Under the pieces are notes generated by a model, which searched no databases, was not told the DNA's origin, and was given only the letters and a program-made list of their open reading frames with translations. DNA of 64,000 bases from positions 35,588,001 to 35,652,000 of the forward strand of contig OX597839.1 in the NCBI GenBank assembly GCA_951406725.2, given 5' to 3'. This DNA is from Octopus vulgaris. Lineage: Eukaryota. The position numbers and the translations under genes were made by a program. This document shows positions 12,450 to 25,691 of the stretch, one piece after another (position 1 is the stretch's first letter; each line of letters begins with the position of its first letter).

Positions 12450-12646
12450 GGATTCTTTCTCAAAGAATTGGTTTTTTCAACGTCTTTGATGAATCGATCT
12501 GAGCAGCGGAGAATGCCATACGGATCTTTTCGCTTTGACCGGCACATTTAGAAAAATAATTTTTTTGTAATTAAACACGTTTGAGCTTCGTATACTGGTA
12601 GAATGTGTTACATAAAACGAACTGAAAAGTTCCTGCCATACTTAGG

Positions 12647-13036
12647 TACGGTACTACTTAAAAAGGTCGACTTTGCCTTTTATCCTTTCGGGGTCGATAA
12701 ATTAAGTACCAGTCACGCACTGGAGTCGATGTAATCGACTTAATCCGTTTGTGTGTCCTTGTTTGTCCCCTCTATGTTTAGCCCCTTGTAGGTAGTAAAG
12801 AAATAGGTACTACTTAAAAATAGGGGGCCCGGTGCGCGCATCCGCACTACAGGATCCTACAACGACTACCTAGCAAAGTAAATAAAACACAGAACAAATA
12901 TTTTTTTTTACACGAAGTAAATAATTTTTTTTAAACAAAGTAAATAAAATACAAAACCACAAAGTAAGGACCCACTAGTCACGACTGGCTACGCGAGTGC
13001 GCGCACCGGGACCACTCTTCTTAAGTAGTACTCGTA
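12647..13036. mobile_element. MITE with a truncated family-B SINE (12665-12805) inserted in its left TIR
   Basis: Imperfect ~40-bp TIR GTACTACTTAA..CCCGGTGCGCGCA. The SINE is flanked by the 15-bp TSD GGTACTACTTAAAAA (12650-12664, 12806-12820). Confidence 0.75.
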
Positions 13037-13134
13037 GTTTTAGGTACCTGCAGCTTCTCTCGTGGCTGATACTTCCTATGTTTAATGAGCAAGTTCTGAT
13101 GCAAAATCTACGAACAAGGAAGGTTCTTTCTAAG

Positions 13135-13397
13135 AGCTGGAATTTGAACTCAAAATGTAAAGACAGATGAAATACCTATTTCTTTATTACCCACTAGGGG
13201 CTAAACACAGAGGGGACAGACATAGGTATTAAGTCGATTATATCGACCCCAGTGCTTAACTGGTACTTAATTTATCGACCCCGAAAGGATGAAAGGCAAA
13301 GTCGACCTCGGCGGAATTTGAACTCACAACGTAACGCAGACGAAATATCGCTAAGCATTTCGCCCGGTGTGCTAAAGTTTCTGCCAGCTCGCCGCTT
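13135..13397 (-). mobile_element. SINE family B
   Basis: Consensus match plus the start of a second unit. Confidence 0.8.
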
Positions 13398-14392
13398 TAT
13401 AGTTTAAAGATATTACACCGCTTATGTCAAACTTGTTAAGGGACAATATAATTATCAGTTGAACACTAGAGTCAACGTAATCTATTGATCTCCTCCCCTA
13501 TGCTTTCAGACCTTATGTACAGAGACAAAGCCTGAAATTTTAAGGGCGAAATAGTAGAAAGAAGTATTATAACGAAAACTAGTTTTATTCTCTTAATGGA
13601 TAATATTAAATCTTTAAAAACAAGATGCATTGTTTTGTAGCCTTAATAGCTCATTACTTATGTAGAATGAAAATTTATTTGTAAATTAAGCCTAGCCGGC
13701 ATTATGTACTGAATATTGTTGAATACATTATTCGGCAACTTTTGTATTCGCCTTATTTTCGACAAATACGAGTGATTCAAGAGTTCTTCTGCTGTTTCTA
13801 GCTCATAGGTCGACCACATGGAAGTTCCATGTTGGTTGGAAATACTACAGTAGACATGAGCAACCCTTTGCAAGAGGGTTATTACCTCCCTTGATTGACA
13901 TTTCCCATGAAAATCAGATTTCCCGCCAGAATTCGTTGCTTTTATTTACTAATATTTACTATTATCTACCATTATTTATCGAGGTGTAAATGCGAGTGAG
14001 CATATAATATATGGTACCAGCGTAAATGTCATAGTATTTAGTTTCTGTTTTACGCTCTGTTATTATTTTTTTCTTTCCTTTGAAGGGTTTATTCAGATGA
14101 GATCAAGGGCAACGCCCTTGTCCCTTTCCGACGACTTCCGCGTGAGTTTAAAAAAAAAAAAAAAAATGTTATGTTCAAACTAGAAGTTTTGGCTTTCGGA
14201 AAAAATATGTAAAGGTGCGGCCGAGTTTGAAACATTTTATGTTTATTTCGGGATTGTCATTTTGAATGTCTAATCATCTCATCTCTCCATATTAAAATTA
14301 CCAACGACAATCCATCAGGTGGTGAGAAGGGGAGGGGGGAGGGTGCGGAGGTAAGAGTGTGAGGACGAGAGAGATACAAACGAACGCGACTT

Positions 14393-14425
<33 letters not shown>

Positions 14426-14800
14426 CTATCACGCACTCGCACGCGTTTATCTCTCTTCATCTCTCACACACACACTCACGTATCTCTTTTTCTTTCTTTC
14501 TATCATACTCACACGTTTCTTTCCCCCTCTCACTCTCTCACTCTCTCTCTCTCTCTCTCTCTCTGTCTATCGTCCACTCACACATCGCTCTGTCTATCTA
14601 TCGACCTATATCTATCTTTCTTTCTATCACACACCCACAAATATCTCTCTCCATCCAAAACATTTGTGCTATATAGAGAGAGACGGAGAGATTCAAATAA
14701 ACGCTACTCATCGATCTATATAAATATATATATATAATATACACATATATATATATATATATATAATAGACATATATATATATATATACACACACACACA

Positions 14801-15021
14801 TAGTAATCCCTCGACTACCGCGGGTGTTACGTTCCAAAACCCCCGCGATAGGTGAATATCCGCGAAGTAGAAACAGTACTGCACTATATTTTTTCCCTAT
14901 TATTTTTATAATTTGTATATATATATTTTATTATAAATCCAAAACAACACCACGGATGAATCGACCTAAGCTTAAATAATAAACCTCGATAGGTAAACCG
15001 CAATATGGCGAGGGATTACTA
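14801..15021. mobile_element. Tigger/pogo-like MITE
   Basis: TIR TAGTAATCCCTCG / CGAGGGATTACTA within a microsatellite. Confidence 0.7.
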
Positions 15022-16317
15022 TATATATATATGCATATATATATATATATCGCATCTCTCTTCAGAAGTGCTAAGGAGCTGGCTAAAATTGTATGCTATA
15101 GGAGAGAAATAAAACGAATGCGATGGAGCAAACACACCTACTCATACATGACAACTTGCCGCGAATGCATAATAGTAGGGTGTGTGTGTGTGTATGTGTG
15201 TTCATTCTTTTATTCTCTTACACGATAACACACAAGATGTCATGTTGACACTTGATATTTTAATGGTCGTTTCGTGTAATTAAACCATGCGGTTAGATAA
15301 TTATCATTACGGCGGAATTTCGTTGGCGCAACAGACGAAATACCGAGTCCAAATGGCTCCCAGCTTATTTTTACCGTTCGTCCTTTCGGGGTCGATGGAA
15401 TAAAGTTCCAGTCATCGACTTTTCACCCCTGTCCCTCAAAATCTGCTGGCCATGTGCCAAAATGGGATTTTAAGAGAATATTATTATTAACCTTAATTCG
15501 GCGAGTAGGCAGAATCGTCAGTGCGTCGGACAAAATGTTTGGCAGCATTTTCTCCGACTCATCACGTTCTGAGTCCATATTTCGCCAGGGTCAAGTTTAT
15601 CTTCTACCCAGTTTGGTCGATAAGTACCAGTTGAGCACTGCAGTAGATATAATCAATTAATCCCTCATAAAAAATTGTTTCTGTACTAAGATCTTAAGCC
15701 ATTTTCGTTCGAGCTCAATATGTTATCAATTCACTTCCCGCCAAAGTCATCTTTAACTTTTCATCCTTTAGGGACTGATAATATATAAGTCCCAGTCAAG
15801 AACCGAGGTTTTTACTACCGCCTCCAGCAAAGAACTTTCTGGATTTGCGCCTAAATCGGAAACAATTGTTTTTATTAAGATTAAAAAAAAAAATAACAAT
15901 TATTATTCAATATTTTTTCTGGAGTAAACTCCAAAAATATTGCATTTATAAAATTATTTTTTTCATTATTCAATAATAAATTAAACCATTATAATAAAAT
16001 AAAATAAATCCAGATTATATTAATACATAACGCAATCACAATTTTGTTTCCAGGATATTTCTATGTCTTATATTTTCTAAATAACTATGACAACACTTGC
16101 TTTCAGCAATATGAAATGACAATGACCTAGAATAAAGCTCGTTGATTTGTCTACTTTAAATCTATTGAATCATTGATGGCAGACGACCATGTTTAATAGT
16201 ATATACTCCTGTGGTTCCCAGCTTGTGGTCCACAAAGGTAGTACAGGAGTGTGTGTGTGTGTAAGTATATATATATGTATGTATGGTATGTATATGTATA
16301 TATATATATATATATTG

Positions 16318-16712
16318 GGCGCAGGAGTGGCTGTATGGTAAGTAGCTTGCTTATCAACCACATGGTTCCCGGTTCAGTCCCACTTGGGCAAGTGTCTTCT
16401 ACTGTAGCCTCAGGTCGACCAAAGCCTTGTGAGTGGATTTGGTAGATGGAAACTGAAAGAAGCCCGTCGTATATATGTATATATGTGTGTGTGTTTGTGT
16501 GTCTGAGTTTGTCCCCCCAACATCGCTTGACAACCGATGCTTGTGTGTATATGTCCCCGTAACTTAGCGGTTCGGCAAAAGAGACCGATAGAATAAGTAC
16601 TAGGCTTTCAAAGAATAAGTCCTGGGGTCGATTTGCTCGACTAAAGGCGGTGCTCCAGCCTGGCCGCAGTCAAATGACTGAAACAAGAAAAAGAGAAAGA
16701 GAGGGTAAAGAG
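16318..16712 (+). mobile_element. SINE family A
   Basis: Full-length copy of the same consensus. Confidence 0.85.
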
Positions 16713-17051
16713 TCTTTTGTTTTCTTCTCTCAGCATTTACAGATTAAAGAGAAATGAGTTGACCTTTTGAACTTACTCCGGCCGTTGAAGGTCCAACAGT
16801 ATTATGGCGCCGTTTTTATGTTTCTACAGATTTCTTGAAGTAAATGATTTCTCTTTTGTTAGAACTCAGACAATACGTACATTGGGTAGTAAAAGAGTTT
16901 CGTCTTCTGTTACTTTATTCTACTTAATTATTTCCAATTGAATATATTTTGTTTACTTTAAAAATTAGAATTTTGGAAAATAATTAAAGTTATTTTGTTT
17001 TTTTTTTACAACCGCGATTTCCGTTTTTGTTTACGTGAAATTATATAAATA

Positions 17052-17448
17052 TTAGCAGTATCGCCCGGCGTTGCTCGGCTTGTAAGGGAAATAACTATAT
17101 AAGCATTTTTAGAGAGTTATAGCCAAAAAAATAGGAAAAAAATGCATTAAAAATGGAAAAAAAACGATGGTAAATTTTTATTTTAATCGTTGATTCATCG
17201 TAGACATTTTTAGAGAGTTACTTCCCTTATATAATGGCGAAAAATGCATTAAAATGGAAAAAAATGATGGTAAATTTTTTTTTAAATCGTAGACTCACCG
17301 TAGACGCGCGCTAATACCCAGAAGGGCTCGATATGAATCACGACTATAAGATACCCGGTTTTGGTTAAACTGCACCGCAAAATGTGGGAGTAGTTAGGAA
17401 TCTAAATCGTAGGAGACAGACACACAACTCCACTTTTATATATAAAGA
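17052..17448 (-). mobile_element. Short non-autonomous Helitron
   Basis: 5' end A|TCTTTATATATAAAAG..TGTGTGTCTGTCT. 3' hairpin CCGAGCAACGCCGGG followed by CTAA|T. Internal ~105-bp duplication. Ends resemble those of 1261-6242. Confidence 0.75.
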
Positions 17449-17969
17449 TATCAGATGCAGCACGGATTTTTGTCAGTGAACAGGTCGCGGTCTTAAAGCG
17501 CCGAAAATATTTTGACAAATTAAACTTAAATGTTGAAGTGAATCGAACGGCTTTTGTGTGTTTCTTAAATGGCTTACAAACACCTTCCACGCTGCAATTG
17601 TTATATAAAAAATAACAAACGATTTTAAAGATTTGACTGTTATTTCTAGTATGTGCTCCACATACTTCTTGGCTTAACTTTTTATGTACTGGTCGAAAAT
17701 CACCTAAAAAAGGTTCTGGGTTCCATACAACCATCTAAAAGTTCCTCAAGGCGGTGCCCCAGCATAGCCGGCTGCAGTCTAATTACAACAAATGAAAAAT
17801 AAAAAAATTCTGGGACAGATACATTCAACTAAAAATTCTTCAAGGCGATGCCCCAGCATGACCACAATCTAATGACTAAAACAAGTAAAAGGTGAAGAAA
17901 ACGAAAAAATATAACCGTGGGGCTTTTGTCCCAGGGAGCTTGTGTCAGGATCCCATGTAGAGATATATC

Positions 17970-18550
17970 ACCCCACCATCGCTTGGCAACCGATGTTGGT
18001 GTGCTTACGTCCCCGTAACTTAGCGGTTCGGCAAAAGAACCGATAGAATAAGTACGAGGCTTACAAAGAATAAGTCCTGGGGTCGATTTGATTGACTAAA
18101 GGCGGTGCTCCAGCATGGCTGCACTGAAACAAAAGAATAAACAAGTAAAAGAATATATATATTCTCTTATTCTTTTACTTGTTTCAGTCATTTGACTACG
18201 GCCATGCTGGAGCACCGCCTTTTAGTCGAACAAATCGACCCCAGGCCTTATTCTTTGTAAGCCTAGTACTTCTTATTCTATCGGTCTCTTTTGCCGAACC
18301 ACTAAGTTACGGGGACGTAAACACATTAACATCAGTTGTCAAGCGATGGTGGCGGGGACGAACACAGACACACACTCACAAATGTATACATACATACGAC
18401 GGGCTTCTTTCAGTTTCCGTCTACTGAATCCACTCACAAGGCTTCGGTCGGCCCGAGGTTATAGTAGAAGATACTTGTCTAAGGTTCCACCCAGTGGGAC
18501 TGAACCCGGAACCATGTGGTTAGGGAGAAAGCTTCTTACCACACAGCCAC
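17970..18550. mobile_element. Two family-A SINEs tail to tail (+ 3' half 17970-18155; - copy 18160-18550)
   Basis: Reverse-complementary 3' halves separated only by ATATATAT. Confidence 0.8.
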
Positions 18551-18651
18551 ATAATATGTGTGCATTTATGTATGTGTGTATGTATGTATGTATATATACA
18601 TACATACATAAATGCACACATATACATACATACATACATACACACACACAC

Positions 18652-18689
<38 letters not shown>

Positions 18690-19423
18690 CAACGAGTACT
18701 ATGAACTCGTAGGGAGTGGAAAATACAACGTTTCGAACATAGTCCTTCTTCAAGGAAAACTTAATAGGACGTAGGAAAGTCACATCAGACTTTTACATGC
18801 ACTAACTTAGAAAAACTGGTCAGTGGATGTAAAACTTTGCTGTTTTTCTTTAATTTCTCTCTTTATCAACTTTTCTATGAAGAAACGACTGTCCGAAACG
18901 TTGGAGCTTCCATTCTACACAAGTTCACCGTACAATTTTTGGCGATTTTACTTGAAGGATTTAGTTGAACATATTGACCTTAGTATTATTTTTTAAAAGC
19001 CTAGAAACACGCCAATGACCGCAAAAAGTGGAAAACGACTGTTGAGGCCCTAAGCTCGACAAGGGGCAAAAAGGATTAAGAATTTATTCTATCGAGTACC
19101 TTTGCTGAACCTCTAAGTTAGGAGTACCACTGCGGAATTTCAGAGAGCAGAAATCCAGTTTGCTAACAGCTTCAATAGAGCAAGTTGAACATTGTTTCAA
19201 ATTTTGGTGCAAAGCTAGTAACTTTAAGGGGGAGGGCTTAGTCGATTGCAGCATCCTCAATGCTCAATTGGTATTTATCTTATTAATCCTGAAAGGCTAA
19301 ATATAGTAAGTTGGCTTGCGCAGGATTTAATCTCTCAAAATAAAGAGTCGGAAGAAATGCCGCTAAGCAATTTGTCTAAGCACTAACGATTCTGCTAGCT
19401 TGTTGTCTTATGTTGAATACATA

Positions 19424-20047
19424 CCGTAAATCCTCGAGTATAATCCGCATTTTTCCCCCAAAGTTTAAAGGCCAAAATCCCTAGTCCATACTATATACGA
19501 GGTTAAAAATGAAAATTATTTTCTAAGCAATGTCCGAGTCTCTATTTGCTGTCTGGCTAAGTTCATTCAGACGCATTTTGTGATGTCGGGCGCGAAAATA
19601 CCTTAAGCTAAGCCTGAAAGCAATGAAGTCATAAAAGAATCGTCCATAACTTGCAGTAAGCAACATTTATTAAACGTTATTACTGTTATTTCTTTATTTT
19701 CTGCAAACAAAATGCACAAACAAGCTACACGTTTGCATTATGTTATCACCGTGACCGTGACCGACCAGGCTATCAGATGTTGTTACACATCGCTGGTCAC
19801 AATGCGCTTCGCATTGTTTTAGCCTTCAAATGTCGCCACCCCGCTGGCTAAGCGAGCAGGCCAGCATTATGTTATATATACAATAATAATAAAGGACGTT
19901 ACCGTATACATTTTTACAAACCTAGGACGTTATATAGACCTCATTGACTCAAGTTAGAGAAGGGGTGCGTATTATACACAAGGTTTAGGTTTTTCAGAGG
20001 TACAGCCCCCTAAAAATCCCCTGCGTATTATACTCGAGGATTTACGG
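19424..20047. mobile_element. Tc1/mariner-superfamily (pogo-like) MITE with a nested 117-bp insert
   Basis: TIR CCGTAAATCCTCGAGTATAAT / ATTATACTCGAGGATTTACGG with TA TSD. Insert 19747-19863 is flanked by the 12-bp TSD GCATTATGTTAT. Confidence 0.85.
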
Positions 20048-20630
20048 TAATTGATTCTAATTTTGACACAAGTCCAGTGATTTTAAGGGTGGGGAAGCCG
20101 ATTACATCTTCTCAAGTACAGGATATTACCACCAGTAATTGATTTAGTACTTTATTTTATTGACTGCGAAAGGATGAAAGTAAATCGATTTCTGCAGCAT
20201 TCGAAATAAAGCCGCTAAGCATTTTGTCCGACGTACTAACAATCCTATCAGTTCGTCGCCTTTAAGTTGAATACACAATCCCAATAACGTGTTTGTTAGA
20301 TGCACAAAAAGGAGACACTTCTTTTAACCTAGATAACATGGTATTGTTGTATCCGTTGTTTTAAAACAGTATCTGATATCTACCAACTCCTTTCTTTTTC
20401 ATGTCTTCATCTAGCAAACTGTATAAAATCTCGGCAAAATGTTGTTTAAAACATTTGCTTATTTCCAAAAGCTATAAAGAAATGAATGAAATGGGGCACC
20501 AAATTGTAATAATGTATTTTAAATATCCTCGTATTCAAAACTCTAAACACAGGACTTTTTCATTTTATGATTAATGTTTGTGTGTATACTTTGCCTACAT
20601 TTTCTTTCGAGACAATGTAATGGATAACCT

Positions 20631-20671
<41 letters not shown>

Positions 20672-21604
20672 GTAGAAAGGAAAAGGAAACTAGTAGATGG
20701 ATGGTAGTAACCATTGCTTGCTTAGATTACATTTTTCTGCTTTCACTCAGCCTAACATCTTGAATAAAAAGAACGTACGACGAGATAACGTACGTTCTTG
20801 ACCTTAAAGGCTGACATACGACGACATTAGGACCATAAGCACTTGAGGTCTCAGGTCGACGAAGAATAACACATATGGCATATGTTTACAACACAATAGA
20901 ATGGGAGCGGACTTCAGTGTGTGTGTGTTTAAGTACGTGTTTATGTTGAGTTTTAGAGTATCTTGGGATTGTATTTCATGATTTTAATGAGAAGGAAAAG
21001 AATGCGTCTTGCTGTCGATAATTTAACATGGTCAAAATGCTTGCTGAAAGAAGGATTTTTTGATATATTTATATTTTGTTATATACTCTTTTTACCCTTT
21101 ACTTGTTTCAGTCATTTGACTGTGGCCATGCTGGAGCACCGCCTTTTAGTCGAGCAAATCGACCCTAGGACTTATTTTTTGTAAGCCTAGTACTTATATT
21201 TTATCAGTCCCTTTTTGCTGAACCACTAAGTTATGACCATAAGTATTTTACGATTTACATATAAAAAGCCAAACTGATATTCTACAGCCATCCAACTATA
21301 AATAGAAAAAAATTAAGACGGAAATAACAAATTTGTGAAATTCGGAAGGTAAAAAAATTCTAGGATTGTGCCAGGGACTTTTTACCAACATATTGTGCGG
21401 CACCCAGGGAAAGTGTCTTCTACTATTATAACCCAGGCTGACTAATGCCTTGTAAGTGAGTCTTGTAGTAGAAACTGAGTGGAAGCCCATCATACGTGTG
21501 TGAGTGTGCGTGTCTTTGGGTCTGACAATCGGTGGCTGGAGAGGAGGTGTTTGAAATTTCTTTTTTCCCAGACTTCATCATTTTCGGCATCTGCAATTCC
21601 GATT

Positions 21605-22465
21605 CATCATTTAACGTCCGTTGTCCATGTTGGCATGAGTTGGACGGTTTGACCAGAGCTGATAAGATGGGGAGCTGCACCAAACTCCAGTCTGATTTGG
21701 CTCAGTTTCTACAGCTGGATGCCCTTCCTAAAGTCAACCACTCTACAGAGTGTGCAGGGCGCTTTTATGTGGCACCGCACGGGCGCTTTGACGTGGAGCT
21801 ACACGGGCGCTTTTACGGCACAGGCCCTTTCATGTGACCCCACAGAGAAATTTTATGAAGCGTTGCAGGACGCTTTTGTGTGGCACCGCCACGAGTGCTT
21901 TACACCACCAGTGGGATCAGTTTTTAACATTTCTACTGCAGGGTATGGTTCTTATGCCAAAAAATCTATATTTCAAAACTTCCCTCACCCATCCCCATTG
22001 ATTTTTTTGCGTTTAAGAGGCCCAAGGTGCTTTCTACGTGTCACCAGTATGGGTGCCAGTTACACGACACTAGCATCAACCACAACTACAATTTCTCTTG
22101 GCTTGACGGGTTTTCTCAAGCACGGTATATCGCCCAACACACAAAGGGTGCTTTTTACATGCCATGACATGGGTGCCAGTTATGTGACACTGGTATCGAC
22201 CACAACTGCAATTTCCCTTGGCTTGACAGGTCTTCTCAAGCACAGGATATTGCCAAAGGTCTTGATTACTTGTCATTGCCTCTGTCATGCCCACAACCTC
22301 GTCCTATGTCTTCCTGGGTCTACATCTTCCACAGGTTCCCTCCACCGTTACGCTTCTGTCATGCTTCACTACCTCGTCCTATGTCTACTTCTTCCACAGG
22401 TTCCCTCCACCGTTAGAGATCAACACTTCTTCACACAGCTGTCTTTGTCCATATGCATCACCGTC
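21605..22465 (-). mobile_element. Degenerate 3' portion of the same RTE family
   Basis: Shares GTGCTTGAGAAGACC..CAAGCCAAG blocks and the GGAAGGGCATCCAGC tail with 41518-42100. Confidence 0.7.
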
Positions 22466-22519
22466 CTCAAAAAATGAGAGATAAAATATACTTTATTTTC
22501 TAACCCTAACTTAGTAAAC

Positions 22520-22850
22520 TATGAAGGTGAGTCAAAAAGTAATGCCATTTTGTTTAGGACAGGTATAATCACCAACACAGGAACATGTATCATACATCAA
22601 AATGAAGCTGGTCCTCTGTGGGTCACATCCCTACTTCTCAACATAGTCACCGTTTCTCTCAATAGCAATGTTCCACCTTCGAATGAGCATGTATCCCTGA
22701 CCCGTAAAATTCTGTTGACTGTTCTTTGAGCCACTTCCTCACTACCTCCACACTCACCAGATTTAGCACCTTCAGACTATCATCTCTTCGGCACCCCAAA
22801 AAAGGATTTGAGAGGCAAACATTATTCCAGTGACGAGGAAGTGAAAACGA
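22520..22850 (+). mobile_element. Mariner transposon remnant
   Basis: 22748-22850 translates PHSPDLAPSDYHLFG..LRGKHYSSDEEVKT, the mariner third-Asp motif. Confidence 0.75.
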
Positions 22851-22888
22851 AAAATATACCGCCGGAAGTTCTTAGTGACAAACAACGG

Positions 22889-23580
22889 CAGTAATCTTAT
22901 TCAGCTGAATACACGTCATTGATTGGTTGAAATTACCCAAAGAGGACTACTTTAACGTGAAATTACTTCGTCAATATAAGTCTTTCTCAATAATACTAAG
23001 AGTAAAAGATGTTTCATATGACACATTCTACCAGTGTCCGAAGTTTGAAAGTGTTTAGTTACAAAAAATTATTTTATAAATCTGTAGGTCAAAAGGTAAA
23101 GATCCCAGTAACGAAAGGGTTAAATTAGCAATAGCCAAACCAAATATTCCACTTGTTTTATATTCAAACTGGCAAGATCCAGCCTCTCATACCTAGCCTA
23201 CAATGTCATTCTATAACTAAACAGTCACTTCGTCAGTAATTTTATTCAGCTGAATACACGTCATTGATTGGTTGAAATTACCGAAATAGGACAACTTTAA
23301 CATGAAATTACTTCGTCAAGATAAGTTTTTCTCAATAATGCTAAGAGTAAAAGATGTTTCATATGACACATTCTACCAGTGTCCGAAGTTTGAAAGTGTT
23401 TAGTTACAAAAAATTATTTTATAAATCTGTAGGTCAAAAGGTAAAGATCCCAGTAACGAAAGGGTTAAATTAGCGATAGCCAAACCAAATATTCCACTTG
23501 TTTTATATTCAAACTGGCAAGATCCAGCCTCTCATACCTAGCCTGCAATGTCATTCTATAACTAAACAGTCACTTCGTCA
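22889..23580. repeat. 345-bp tandem duplication
   Basis: 22889-23233 is repeated at 23234-23580 with few substitutions. Confidence 0.9.
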
Positions 23581-23636
23581 AAATCTCAAAGCTATGGAGA
23601 TAATGCATGGTTAATTCAGAAAAAAGTGTGCATAAA

Positions 23637-24693
23637 CAGGCACAGGAGTGGTAAGTAGCTTGTTTACCAACCACATGGTTCCGGGTTCAGTCCCACTGCG
23701 TGGCACCTTGGGCAAGCGTCTTCTACTATAGCCTCGGGCCGACCAAAGCCTTGTGAGTGGATTTGGTAGACGGAAACTGAAAAGAAGCCTGTCGTATATA
23801 TGCAGGAGTGGCTGTGTGGTAAGTAGCTTGTTTACCAACCACATGGTTCCGGGTTCAGTCCCACTGCGTGGCACCTTGGGCAAGTGTCTTCTACTATAGC
23901 CTCGGGCCGACCAAAGCCTTGTGAGTGGATTTGATAGATGGAAACTGAAAAGAAGCCTGTCGTATATATGCAGGAGTGGCTGTGTGGTAAGTAGCTTGTT
24001 TACCAACCACATGGTTCCGGGTTCAGTCCCACTGCGTGGCACCTTGGGCAAGCGTCTTCTACTATAGCCTTGGGCCAACCAAAGCCTTGTGAGTGGATTT
24101 GATAGATGGAAACTGAAAAGAAGCCTGTCGTATATATGCAGGAGTGGCTGTGTGGTAAGTAGCTTGTTTACCAACCACATGGTTCCGGGTTCAGTCCCAC
24201 TGCATGGCACCTTGGGCAAGCGTCTTCTACTATAGCCTCGGGCCGACCAAAGCCTTGTGAGTGGATTTGGTAGACGGAAACTGAAAAGAAGCCTGTCGTA
24301 TATATGCAGGAGTGGCTGTGTGGTAAGTAGCTTGTTTACCAACCACATGGTTCCGGGTTCAGTCCCACTGCGTGGCACCTTGGGCAAGTGTCTTCTACTA
24401 TAGCCTCGGGCCGACCAAAGCCTTGTGAGTGGATTTGGTAGACGGAAACTGAAAAGAAGCCCGTCGTATATATGCATATATATATATGCGTGTGTGTGTT
24501 TGTCCCCCTAGCATTGCTTGACAACCGATGCTGGTGTGTTTATGTACCCATTACTTAGCGGTTCGGCAAAAAGAGACCGATAGAATAAGTACTGGGCTTA
24601 CAAAAGAATAAGTCCCGGGGTCGAGTTGCTCGATTAAAGGCGGTGCTCCAGCATGGCCACAGTCAAATGACTGAAACAAGTAAAAGAGTAAAT
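23637..24693 (+). repeat. Family-A SINE with its 168-bp head repeated five times in tandem
   Basis: Units start at 23643, 23803, 23971, 24139 and 24307. Only the last unit continues into the SINE 3' half. Confidence 0.92.
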
Positions 24694-24752
24694 AACATTT
24701 GACAGAGCAAACTGAATGTTGAAGGGTTACTGTAACCAACGAACACCCTTAA

Positions 24753-24972
24753 CCCCTTAGTGTTTAAACCGGCCATATCCGGCCAAAATATTCTACCTAT
24801 TTTATGTTCAAACCAGTCAGATATGGTCATTCATAGCTATCTTATTGTGTCATTTTAAAAATAAACAATCACATCATTGAAATCTCAAAGCCCTGAAATG
24901 ATGCAAGATTAATTTTACATGGTGTGAATACATAAGCTTTACATTTGACAGAATAACCTGAATGCTAAAGGG
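24753..24972. mobile_element. piggyBac-like MITE
   Basis: Ends TTAA|CCCCTTAG..CTAAAGGG|TTAA. An inverted relative lies at 49601-49819. Confidence 0.7.
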
Positions 24973-25691
24973 TTAAGTTCTGGCCTTCAGCCAAAATTTG
25001 GAACCATCATATAAAACTGTTTGAGCAGTAAATTAAATAGACTCAGTTCTTCTCCATCAAATGTTTTTAGTGTTGATAAGGCAATCACATTGACCTTGAT
25101 GATACGGTTTGTGATAGTAATAACATGTATCACAAACAGTGACACCAGACGACCTACTTACCTATTCTTCCTTACCTTTTCCCCCATAAAAGGTGTAACT
25201 CACGTTTTTTTTTATTTCCATTTCACTGGAAAAAGCCAAAAGCAGTCATATTAACTGAATGTGTTTAAAATTTCAAAACCAACCTTAAGGAAAATATGTT
25301 AACAGAAGGGGGAGAAGGTTTTTTTTTTTCAACATTTCATGATCCAGTGTTCACTTTTTTTCTGTCCCCATTGCCATCCTGTGTTTTTATTTTTACCTTT
25401 TTGAAAGTGGGTCAAGTGACTGTAGTCATCTCCATTCATTGTTTGGTCGATGAAGGAGGGAATGCAGACATAATAAACAGTATTAACAATAATTAGAAAT
25501 TACTACTACCATAACCACCACCACTACTGATAAATAATCTTTTTCTACTATAGGCACAAGGTCTGAAATTTTGGAGGAGGGGTTATAAGCAATTACATCG
25601 ATTCCAGGGTTCAATTGGTGCTTATTTCTGGGACCCAGAAAGGACCAAAGGCAAAGCTGACTCTGGCAGAATATGATCACAGAGGGATCAG

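Noticed and set aside
21719-22477. 252-aa plus-strand ORF
   Set aside because: Antisense to decayed RTE 3' sequence; no protein motifs.
23637-24470. CRISPR-like array
   Set aside because: No unique spacers; the units are SINE heads in eukaryotic DNA.
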